Source of the DNA: Ranitomeya imitator | Taxonomy: Eukaryota | NCBI RefSeq assembly: GCF_032444005.1 | Contig: NC_091287.1 | Location: 68,634,001-68,698,000, forward strand | Direction: 5' to 3' | Length of the DNA stretch: 64,000 nt | Part shown: in pieces, positions 51,936 through 62,437 of the stretch | Position numbering within the stretch: the stretch's first letter is position 1 | How the letters are laid out: the number at the start of each line of letters is the position of its first letter | The notes under the pieces: generated by a model | Told to the model about the DNA's origin: nothing | Databases searched by the model: none | Seen by the model: only the letters and a program-made list of their open reading frames with translations | Program-made: the position numbers and the translations under genes

Positions 51936-52385
51936 ACGGAAGGGCTGATTCTTAGGAAGGAAGGCTGTTGGAAATAAGCATTGCGCGTCCGAGGGTGATT
52001 AGATTCTTATTAGGTATATACTCACCCTCGGACGCGCCCTGCTTCTTTATTTGGAATGAATGTTTATTTGCAATGTGGTGTTGACTTTCTCTATTATTTT
52101 GGTAATTAATGATTTTATTATTTTCATTATTTTGCATCTTCTCGGCAATAATATAAAGAAGACGCGACAGGACAACACTCGGTGGATGCCATATGTGTGT
52201 TTTCAATTTAAAAAAACTTTCAGTTAACTACTTGCAGGAGAAAGTAATTGTAGCTGGTGGCCATTTTTAGTACTGTACCAGATTTTAGTTGTGTGTTTGT
52301 TTTTAATGTTAAAATGTCTGCATTTGATATCTCACCAGTATTTTCTTTTTTATAAGCAAAATACTTATTTTTATATTTTCTGATG

Positions 52386-55300
52386 TTGGTTCCAGGGGTA
52401 CACGGCCAGCAGTGCCCTGGTCAGTGTAGTAGTAGTTGAAAGAATGGACCGCAGACAGGCATCGAAGGCCTAAAATAAAAACACATGGCTGTAGGCAATT
52501 TTAAATTGGTTCCAGGGGTACACGGACAGCAGTGGTGTGGTCAGTGGAGGCCTAGTGGAAGGAGTGACCGCAGACAGGCATCGAAGGCCTAAAATAATAA
52601 CACATGGCTGTAGGCAATTTTAAATTGGTTCCAGGGGTACACGGGCAGCAGTGACCTGGTCAGTGTAGTAGTAGTTGAAAGAATGGACCGCAGACAGGCA
52701 TCGAAGGCCTAAAATAAAAAAATTGGGCTGGCTGTAGGCAATTTTAAATTGGTTCCAGGGGTACACGGGCAGCAGTGGTGTGGTCAGTGGAGGCCTAGTG
52801 GAAGGAGTGACCGCAGACAGGCATCGAAGGCCTAAAATAATAACACATGGCTGTAGGCAATTTTAAATTGGTTCCAGGGGTACACGGACAGCAGTGGTGT
52901 GGTCAGTGGAGGCCTAGTGGAAGGAGTGACCGCAGACAGGCATCGAAGGCCTAAAATAATAACACATGGCTGTAGGCAATTTTAAATTGGTTCCAGGGGT
53001 ACACGGGCAGCAGTGACCTGGTCAGTGTAGTAGTAGTTGAAAGAATGGACCGCAGACAGGCATCGAAGGCCTAAAATAAAAAAATTGGGCTGGCTGTAGG
53101 CAATTTTAAATTGGTTCCAGGGGTACACGGACAGCAGTGGTGTGCTCAGTGGAGGCCTAGTGGAAGGAGTGACCGCAGACAGGCATCGAAGGCCTAAAAT
53201 AATAACACATGGCTGTAGGCAATTTTAAATTGGTTCCAGGGGTACACGGACAGCAGTGGTGTGGTCAGTGGAGGCCTAGTGGAAGGAGTGACCGCAGACA
53301 GGCATCGAAGGCCTAAAATAAAAACACATGGCTGTAGGCAATTTTAAATTGGTTCCAGGGGTACACGGGCAGCAGTGGTGTGGTCAGTGGAGGCCTAGTG
53401 GAAGGAGTGACCGCAGACAGGCATCGAAGGCCTAAAATAATAACACATGGCTGTAGGCAATTTTAAATTGGTTCCAGGGGTACACGGACAGCAGTGGTGT
53501 GGTCAGTGGAGGCCTAGTGGAAGGAGTGACCGCAGACAGGCTTCCAAGGCCTAACATAACAAACTTGGGCTGGCTGTAGGCACTTTTAAATTGGTTCCAG
53601 GAGTACACGGGCAGCAGTGGTCTGGTCAGTGGAAGTCTAGTGGAAGGAGTGACCGCAGACAGGCTTCCAAGGCCTAACATAACAAACTTGGGCTGGCTGT
53701 AGGCACTTTTAAATTGGTTCCAGGGGTACACGGGCAGCAGTGACCTGGTCAGTGTAGTAGTAGTTGAAAGAATGGACCGCAGACAGGCTTCGAAGGCCTA
53801 ACATAACAAACTTGGGCTGGCTGTAGGCACTTTTAAATTGGTTCCAGGGGTACACGGGCAGCAGTGGTCTGGTCAGTGGAAGTCTAGTGGAAGGAGTGAC
53901 CGCAGACAGGCTTCCAAGGCCTAACATAACAAACTTGGGCTGGCTGTAGGCACTTTTAAATTGGTTCCAGGGGTACACGGGCAGCAGTGGTCTGGTCAGT
54001 GGAAGTCTAGTGGAAGGAGTGACCGCAGACAGGCTTCGAAGGCCTAACATAACAAAATTGGGCTGGCTGTAGGCACTTTAAATTGGTTCCAGGGGTACAT
54101 GGGCAGCAGTGTATGGTCAGTGGAAGTCTAGTGGAAGGAGTGACGGCAGACAGTCTTCGAAGGCCTAACATAACAAAATTGGGCTGACTGTAGGCACTTT
54201 TAAATTGGTTCCAGGGTAACACGGCCAGCAGTGCCCTGGTCAGTGTAGTAGTAGTTGAAAGAATGGACCGCAGACAGGCATCGAAGGCCTAAAATAAAAA
54301 CACATGGCTGTAGGCAATTTTAAATTGGTTCCAGGGGTACACGGACAGCAGTGGTGTGGTCAGTGGAGGCCTAGTGGAAGGAGTGACCGCAGACAGGCAT
54401 CGAAGGCCTAAAATAATAACACATGGCTGTAGGCAATTTTAAATTGGTTCCAGGGGTACACGGACAGCAGTGGTGTGGTCAGTGGAGGCCTAGTGGAAGG
54501 AGTGACCGCAGACAGGCTTCCAAGGCCTAACATAACAAAATTGGGCTGACTGTAGGCACTTTTAAATTGGTTCCAGGGTAACACGGCCAGCAGTGCCCTG
54601 GTCAGTGTAGTAGTAGTTGAAAGAATGGACCGCAGACAGGCATCGAAGGCCTAAAATAAAAACACATGGCTGTAGGCAATTTTAAATTGGTTCCAGGGGT
54701 ACACGGACAGCAGTGGTGTGGTCAGTGGAGGCCTAGTGGAAGGAGTGACCGCAGACAGGCATCGAAGGCCTAAAATAATAACACATGGCTGTAGGCAATT
54801 TTAAATTGGTTCCAGGGGTACACGGACAGCAGTGGTGTGGTCAGTGGAGGCCTAGTGGAAGGAGTGACCGCAGACAGGCTTCCAAGGCCTAACATAACAA
54901 AATTGGGCTGACTGTAGGCACTTTTAAATTGGTTCCAGGGTAACACGGCCAGCAGTGCCCTGGTCAGTGTAGTAGTAGTTGAAAGAATGGACCGCAGACA
55001 GGCATCGAAGGCCTAAAATAAAAACACATGGCTGTAGGCAATTTTAAATTGGTTCCAGGGGTACACGGACAGCAGTGGTGTGGTCAGTGGAGGCCTAGTG
55101 GAAGGAGTGACCGCAGACAGGCATCGAAGGCCTAAAATAATAACACATGGCTGTAGGCAATTTTAAATTGGTTCCAGGGGTACACGGGCAGCAGTGACCT
55201 GGTCAGTGTAGTAGTAGTTGAAAGAATGGACCGCAGACAGGCATCGAAGGCCTAAAATAAAAAAATTGGGCTGGCTGTAGGCAATTTTAAATTGGTTCCA

Positions 55301-57445
55301 GGGGTACACGGGCAGCAGTGGTGTGGTCAGTGGAGGCCTAGTGGAAGGAGTGACCGCAGACAGGCATCGAAGGCCTAAAATAATAACACATGGCTGTAGG
55401 CAATTTTAAATTGGTTCCAGGGGTACACGGGCAGCAGTGACCTGGTCAGTGTAGTAGTAGTTGAAAGAATGGACCGCAGACAGGCATCGAAGGCCTAAAA
55501 TAAAAAAATTGGGCTGGCTGTAGGCAATTTTAAATTGGTTCCAGGGGTACACGGACAGCAGTGGTGTGGTCAGTGGAGGCCTAGTGGAAGGAGTGACCGC
55601 AGACAGGCATCGAAGGCCTAAAATAATAACACATGGCTGTAGGCAATTTTAAATTGGTTCCAGGGGTACACGGACAGCAGTGGTGTGGTCAGTGGAGGCC
55701 TAGTGGAAGGAGTGACCGCAGACAGGCTTCCAAGGCCTAACATAACAAACTTGGGCTGGCTGTAGGCACTTTTAAATTGGTTCCAGGGGTACACGGGCAG
55801 CAGTGGTCTGGTCAGTGGAAGTCTAGTGGAAGGAGTGACCGCAGACAGGCTTCCAAGGCCTAACATAACAAAATTGGGCTGGCTGTAGGCACTTTAAATT
55901 GGTTCCAGGGGTACATGGGCAGCAGTGTATGGTCAGTGGAAGTCTAGTGGAAGGAGTGACGGCAGACAGTCTTCGAAGGCCTAACATAACAAAATTGGGC
56001 TGACTGTAGGTACTTTTAAATTGGTTCCAGGGTAACACGGCCAGCAGTGCCCTGGTCAGTGTAGTAGTAGTTGAAAGAATGGACCGCAGACAGGCATCGA
56101 AGGCCTAAAATAAAAACACATGGCTGTAGGCAATTTTAAATTGGTTCCAGGGGTACACGGACAGCAGTGGTGTGGTCAGTGGAGGCCTAGTGGAAGGAGT
56201 GACCGCAGACAGGCATCGAAGGCCTAAAATAAAAACACATGGCTGTAGGCAATTTTAAATTGGTTCCAGGGGTACACGGACAGCAGTGGTGTGGTCAGTG
56301 GAGGCCTAGTGGAAGGAGTGACCGCAGACAGGCTTCCAAGGCCTAACATAACAAAATTGGGCTGACTGTAGGCACTTTTAAATTGGTTCCAGGGTAACAC
56401 GGCCAGCAGTGCCCTGGTCAGTGTAGTAGTAGTTGAAAGAATGGACCGCAGACAGGCATCGAAGGCCTAAAATAAAAACACATGGCTGTAGGCAATTTTA
56501 AATTGGTTCCAGGGGTACACGGACAGCAGTGGTGTGGTCAGTGGAGGCCTAGTGGAAGGAGTGACCGCAGACAGGCATCGAAGGCCTAAAATAATAACAC
56601 ATGGCTGTAGGCAATTTTAAATTGGTTCCAGGGGTACACGGACAGCAGTGGTGTGGTCAGTGGAGGCCTAGTGGAAGGAGTGACCGCAGACAGGCTTCCA
56701 AGGCCTAACATAACAAAATTGGGCTGACTGTAGGCACTTTTAAATTGGTTCCAGGGTAACACGGCCAGCAGTGCCCTGGTCAGTGTAGTAGTAGTTGAAA
56801 GAATGGACCGCAGACAGGCATCGAAGGCCTAAAATAAAAACACATGGCTGTAGGCAATTTTAAATTGGTTCCAGGGGTACACGGACAGCAGTGGTGTGGT
56901 CAGTGGAGGCCTAGTGGAAGGAGTGACCGCAGACAGGCATCGAAGGCCTAAAATAATAACACATGGCTGTAGGCAATTTTAAATTGGTTCCAGGGGTACA
57001 CGGACAGCAGTGGTGTGGTCAGTGGAGGCCTAGTGGAAGGAGTGACCGCAGACAGGCTTCCAAGGCCTAACATAACAAAATTGGGCTGGCTGTAGGCACT
57101 TTTAAATTGGTTCCAGGGGTACACGGGCAGCAGTGGTCTGGTCAGTGGAAGTCTAGTGGAAGGAGTGACCGCAGACAGGCTTCCAAGGCCTAACATAACA
57201 AAATTGGGCTGGCTGTAGGCACTTTAAATTGGTTCCAGGGGTACATGGGCAGCAGTGTATGGTCAGTGGAAGTCTAGTGGAAGGAGTGACGGCAGACAGT
57301 CTTCGAAGGCCTAACATAACAAAATTGGGCTGACTGTAGGCACTTTTAAATTGGTTCCAGGGTAACACGGCCAGCAGTGGCCTGGTCAGTGTAGTAGTTG
57401 TAGAAAGAAGGGACCGCAGACAGGCTTCGAAGGCCTAACATAACA
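52386..57445. repeat. Satellite B, 119-124-bp unit, ~42 copies, with higher-order structure
   Basis: TTGGTTCCAGGG recurs every 119-124 bp (52506, 52625, 52749, 52868...). 362-bp trimers at 54181/54543/54905 and 55997/56359/56721. Confidence 0.97.
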
Positions 57446-57580
57446 AAAATGTCAAAACAATGGTATTGTCAGTGCCAGGCATTGAAGGATGTCAGCGCCT
57501 AGACTACACATTGGTGAAGCTGTGAGAGATAATTTTGCTAGTGGTAGAGCACTGTTTGAGCTGGGGGGGGGAACTGTCTT

Positions 57581-57716
57581 GTGGCCGGCGTTACAGGCAC
57601 AGGGCCCCTCATATTACAACGGTGTGTCTGACGTTGGGTGCGCACCACCACCACCAGAGACACTTTATTGTACTATGAGGGACCCAGTGGCAGTGCCGTC
57701 GACCAAAAGCGGCCAC
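57581..57716. other. Long imperfect hairpin, copy 2, ~190 nt 3' of the transposase stop
   Basis: GTGGCCG/CGGCCAC, CCCTCATA/TATGAGGG, TACAA/TTGTA, GTGTCT/AGACAC and GGTG/CACC. Homologous to 49288-49413. Confidence 0.75.
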
Positions 57717-57907
57717 ACCCACCTCTTCAGACAAACAGCACTCTCAAGGGTCCAAGCGCAAAGTGGCGATAGCACGGCCCCGTGTGGGGAGTTTGGCCAT
57801 TTCGTGAGGTGGAAACATGTCGTATGCTGGACAATCAGGTGAAGAAAATTACGAGATTGGAAAAGTCATTCAGAATAGTCCACAGGCAAGACCTTTTCAT
57901 AGGAAAG

Positions 57908-60900
57908 CTAGGTGTCAGCCGGGCAGGGTGGGGCAAAAGATTTTGAAATCCAGTTGTGGTTCATTTTAATGAAGGTTAGATCATCTACATTTTGGGTAGC
58001 CAGACGAGTCCTTTTTTCTGTTAGTATTGAACCTGCAGCACTGAATACTCTTTCTGATAGGACACTAGCTGCCGGGCAAGCAAGCTCCTGCAATGCATAT
58101 TCTGCCAATTCTGGCCAGGTGTCTAATTTGGATGCCCAGTAATCAAATGGGAATGACGGTTGAGGGAGAACGTCGATAAGGGATGAAAAATAGTTTGTAA
58201 CCATACTGGACAAATGTTGTCTCCTGTCACTTTGAATTGATGCTGCAGTACCTGTCCTGTCTGCGGTCATAGAAAAATCACTCCACAACCTGGTCAGAAA
58301 ACCCCTCTGGCCAACGCCACTTCTGATTTCTGCCCCTCTAACACCTCTGGTCTGCTGGCCCCTGGAGCTCGTGTGAGAACGATCACGGGCGCTGTGTGCA
58401 GGGAATGCCAGAAGCAAACGGTCAACAAGAGTTGATTGTTTTGTTGCTAATATTAGTTCCAAGTTCTCATGTGGCATAATATTTTGCAATTTGCCTTTAT
58501 AGCGAGGATCAAGGAGGCAGGCCAACCAGTAATCGTCATCGTTCATCATTTTTGTAATGCGTGTGTCCCTTTTGAGGATACGCAAGGCATAATCCGCCAT
58601 GTGGGCCAAAGTTCCCGTTGTCAAATCTGCGGTTGTGCTTGGTTGAGGGGCAGTTGCAGGCAAATCTACGTCACTTGTGTCCCTCAAAAAACCAGAACCC
58701 GGCCTTGCCACGCCACCAATTTCCCGTGCCCCCGGGAAAGCTTCCTCATTAAAAATATACTCATCCCCATCATCCTCCTCATCCTCCACCTCCTCTTCGC
58801 CCGGTACCTCGTCATGTACACTGCCCTGACCAGACAATCGCTGACTGTCATCAAGGCTTTCCTCTTCCTCTGGTGCAGACGCCTGATCCTTTATGTGCGT
58901 CAAACTTTGCATCAGCAGACGCATTAGGGGGATGCTCATGCTTATTATGGCGTTGTCTGCACTAACCAGCCGTGTGCATTCCTCAAAACACTGAAGGACT
59001 TGACACATGTCTTGAATCTTCGACCACTGCACACCTGACAACTCCATGTCTGCCATCCTACTGCCTGCCCGTGTATGTGTATCCTCCCACAAAAACATAA
59101 CAGCCCGCCTCTGTTCGCACAGTCTCTGAAGCATGTGCAGTGTTGAGTTCCACCTTGTTGCAACGTCTATGATTAGGCGATGCTGGGGAAGGTTCAAAGA
59201 ACGCTGATAGGTCTGCATACGGCTGGAGTGTACAGGCGAACGGCGGATATGTGCGCAAAGTCCACGCACTTTGAGGAGCAGGTCGGATAACCCCGGATAA
59301 CTTTTCAGGAAGCACTGCACCACCAGGTTTAAGGTGTGAGCCAGGCAAGGAATGTGTTTCAGTTGGGAAAGGGAGATGGCAGCCATGAAATTCCTTCCGT
59401 TATCACTCACTACCTTGCCTGCCTCAAGATCTACAGTGCCCAGCCACGACTGCGTTTCTTGCTGCAAGAACTCGGACAGAACTTCCGCGGTGTGTCTATT
59501 GTCGCCCAAACACTTCATAGCCAATACAGCCTGCTGACGTATGCCAGTAGCTGCCCCATAATGGGAGACCTGGTGTGCAACAGTGGCAGGTGCGGATGGA
59601 GTGTTTGTGCGACTGCGGTCTGTGGACGAGCTCTTGCTTCTGCAGGAGGACGAGGAGGAGGAGGAGGAGGGGGTGCGAACGGCTACAGACAACTGTTTAC
59701 TAGACCGTGGGCTAGGCAGAACTGTCCCAAACTTGCTGTCCCCTGTGGACCCTGAATCCACCACATTTACCCAGTGTGCCGTGATGGACACGTAACGTCC
59801 CTGGCCATGCCTACTGGTCCATGCATCTGTTGTCAGGTGCACCTTTGTGCTCACAGATTGCCTGAGTGCATGGACGATGCGCTCTTTAACATGCTGGTGG
59901 AGGGCTGGGATGGCTTTTCTGGAAAAAAAGTGTCGACTGGGTAGCTCGTAGCGTGGTACAGCGTAGTCCATCAGGTCTTTGAAAGCTTCGCTTTCAACTA
60001 ACCGGTAGGGCATCATCTCTAACGAGATTAGTCTAGCTATGTGGGCGTTCAAACCCTGTGTACGCGGATGCGAGGCTAAGTATTTCCTTTTTCTAACCAT
60101 AGTCTCATGTAGGGTGAGCTGGACTGGAGAGCTGGAGATCGTGGAACTAGCGGGGGTGCCGGTGGACATGGCAGACTGAGAGACGGTGGGAGATGGTATT
60201 GTTGCCGCCGGTGCCCTAGATGCAGTGTTTCCTACTACGAAACTGGTGATTCCCTGACCCTGACTGCTTTGGCCTGGCAAAGATACCTGCACAGATACAG
60301 CAGGTGGTGCGCTAAATGGTGGTCCTACACTGCCGGAAGGGATGTTGCGTTGATGACTAGCTTCATTGGCCGAGGGTGCAACAACCTTAAGGGACGTTTG
60401 GTAGTTAGTCCAAGCTTTCAAATGCATGGTGGTTAAATGTCTATGCATGCAACTAGTATTGAGACTTTTCAGATTCTGACCTCTGCTTAAGGAAGTAGAA
60501 CATTTTTGACAGATGACTTTGCGCTGATCAATTGGATGTTGTTTAAAAAAATGCCAGACTGCACTCTTTCTAGCATCGGATACCTTTTCAGGCATTGCAG
60601 ACTGAGCTTTAACCGGATGGCCACGCTGTCCTCCACCAGGTTTTGGCTTTGCCACGCGTTTTGGGCAAGATACGGGCCCGGCAGATGGAACCTGTGGCGA
60701 TGTTGATGCCTGCTGCGGCCCCTCCTCCTCCTCTGCTTCAGAACTGCTGCCGCCTGCACCCTGTTCCCCCAATGGCTGCCAATCGGGGTCAAGAACTGGG
60801 TCATCTAATAACTCTTCTTGTACCTCCTGCGCAACTTCGTCTGTGTCACCGTGTCGTTCGGTGGTATAGCGTTCGTGATGGGGCAACATAGTCTCATCAG

Positions 60901-61483
60901 GGTCTGATTCTTGATCAGCACCCTGCGAGGGCAATGTTGTGGTCTGAGTCAAAGGACCAGCATAGTAGTCTGGCTGTGGCTGTGCGTCAGTGCACTCCAT
61001 GTCAGATTCAATTTGTAATGGGCATGGACTGTTAACTGCTTCACTTTCTAAGCCAGGGACGGTATGTGTAAAGAGCTCCATGGAGTAACCCGTTGTGTCG
61101 CCTGCTGCATTCTTCTCTGTTGTTGTTTTTGCTGAAGAGGACAAGGAAGTGACTTGTCCCTGACCGTGAACATCCACTAACGACGCGCTGCTTTTACTTT
61201 TACCAGTTTCACGAGATGAGGCAAAAGAGCTAGAGGCTGAGTCAGCAAGATAAGCCAAAACTTGCTCTTGCTGCTCCGGCTTTAAAAGCGGTTTTCCTAA
61301 TCCCAGAAAAGGGAGCGTTCGAGGCCTTGTGTAGCCGGACGACGAACCTGGCTCCACAGCTCCAGACTTAGGTGCAATATTTTTTCCCCCACGACCACCT
61401 GATGCTCCACCACTACCACTACCCTCATTACCAGCTGACAATGAACGCCCCCGGCCACGACCTCTTCCACTAGACTTCCTCAT
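57908..61483 (-). CDS. hAT transposase with BED zinc finger (1191 aa, intronless, intact)
   Basis: BED: SAVWHFF..CQKC..HRHLTTMH. Catalytic LTTDAW, VSDNG and SERVFS. CxxH (CLAH), TRWNS and the C-terminal dimerisation motif WPELA..CPAASVLSERVFSAAG. ~300-aa low-complexity N-terminus. Confidence 0.96.
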   Translation of the reverse strand: MRKSSGRGRGRGRSLSAGNEGSGSGGASGGRGGKNIAPKSGAVEPGSSSGYTRPRTLPFLGLGKPLLKPEQQEQVLAYLADSASSSFASSRETGKSKSSASLVDVHGQGQVTSLSSSAKTTTEKNAAGDTTGYSMELFTHTVPGLESEAVNSPCPLQIESDMECTDAQPQPDYYAGPLTQTTTLPSQGADQESDPDETMLPHHERYTTERHGDTDEVAQEVQEELLDDPVLDPDWQPLGEQGAGGSSSEAEEEEGPQQASTSPQVPSAGPVSCPKRVAKPKPGGGQRGHPVKAQSAMPEKVSDARKSAVWHFFKQHPIDQRKVICQKCSTSLSRGQNLKSLNTSCMHRHLTTMHLKAWTNYQTSLKVVAPSANEASHQRNIPSGSVGPPFSAPPAVSVQVSLPGQSSQGQGITSFVVGNTASRAPAATIPSPTVSQSAMSTGTPASSTISSSPVQLTLHETMVRKRKYLASHPRTQGLNAHIARLISLEMMPYRLVESEAFKDLMDYAVPRYELPSRHFFSRKAIPALHQHVKERIVHALRQSVSTKVHLTTDAWTSRHGQGRYVSITAHWVNVVDSGSTGDSKFGTVLPSPRSSKQLSVAVRTPSSSSSSSSCRSKSSSTDRSRTNTPSAPATVAHQVSHYGAATGIRQQAVLAMKCLGDNRHTAEVLSEFLQQETQSWLGTVDLEAGKVVSDNGRNFMAAISLSQLKHIPCLAHTLNLVVQCFLKSYPGLSDLLLKVRGLCAHIRRSPVHSSRMQTYQRSLNLPQHRLIIDVATRWNSTLHMLQRLCEQRRAVMFLWEDTHTRAGSRMADMELSGVQWSKIQDMCQVLQCFEECTRLVSADNAIISMSIPLMRLLMQSLTHIKDQASAPEEEESLDDSQRLSGQGSVHDEVPGEEEVEDEEDDGDEYIFNEEAFPGAREIGGVARPGSGFLRDTSDVDLPATAPQPSTTADLTTGTLAHMADYALRILKRDTRITKMMNDDDYWLACLLDPRYKGKLQNIMPHENLELILATKQSTLVDRLLLAFPAHSARDRSHTSSRGQQTRGVRGAEIRSGVGQRGFLTRLWSDFSMTADRTGTAASIQSDRRQHLSSMVTNYFSSLIDVLPQPSFPFDYWASKLDTWPELAEYALQELACPAASVLSERVFSAAGSILTEKRTRLATQNVDDLTFIKMNHNWISKSFAPPCPADT

Positions 61484-61759
61484 TGTTTTAAAAACGTAAC
61501 CAAACTAACGTTATTTGTTGCAGTCACACAACTTACACGGTGAGCTATAACTTCAGTATGATTTAGCTACCCCTTTACAGGTTGGTGAGACCACAGCGAA
61601 AATCAGGCCCAATGTTACACACTCTTTTTTTGGTGGCTGCAAATTAGAGAGATGCCCCACACGCAGGACTGTCACTGAAGCACAAATGTTAATATTAATG
61701 TCACACTATTATTTTTTTTTTATTTTTATTTTTTTCAGGAACACTTTAGAAACCCCCCC

Positions 61760-61987
61760 CAAAAAAAAAAAAAGATTTTTGCAGGGAGAATTTAGAAAAC
61801 AAATGTAACAAACTATATGCTTTCTATGGGCCACTGAGTGAGAGATGACGCACACAGGAATCAGGAGTGGCACACAAGCCCAGAGGCCAATATTTTTCTA
61901 CCAATGATTGATGGAGTTATTTTCTCTGGTAGATTTTGGAACCCAAATCAAGGAAAAAAAATGTAGGCTTTCTATGGACCACAATTG

Positions 61988-62018
<31 letters not shown>

Positions 62019-62392
62019 CACCCAGGAGTCAAGACTGGCACACAAGCAGAAAGGCCAATATTAATCTCCCACTGTTTTTTTTTTTTTTTTTTTTTTTTTT
62101 TCAGGGAGACTTTAGAAAAAAAAATAATAAAAAAAATATGATTTTATCAGGAAGAATTTAGAAACCAAATAAAATAAAATGATTTTTTCAGGGAGAATTT
62201 ATAAAACAAATAAAAACAAAAATAGGCGTTCTATGGCCCACTGACTGAGAGATGACGCACACAGGAGTCAGGAGTGGCACACAAACCCAGAGGCCAATAT
62301 TTTTCTACCAATGATTGATGTAGTTATTTTCTCTGGTAGATTTTAGAACCCAAATCAAGGAAAAAAAATATAGGCTTTCTATGGACCACAAT

Positions 62393-62437
<45 letters not shown>

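Noticed and set aside
52540-52600. Pol III A-box/B-box-like motifs in satellite B (GGCCTAGTGG ... GGCTTCGAAGGCC)
   Set aside because: The spacing is only ~18 nt, the B box is imperfect, and no cloverleaf forms. Not supportable as a tRNA or SINE.
52386-57445. Repeat-spacer look of satellite B (CRISPR-like) and its short ORFs
   Set aside because: The variable parts are a few recurring variants rather than unique spacers, there are no cas genes, and the context is eukaryotic. The ORFs reflect 123-bp periodicity.
57489-57842. 117-aa plus-strand ORF downstream of the hAT transposase as possible cargo
   Set aside because: It overlaps hairpin copy 2, has no motif, and is not maintained in the homologous copy 1.
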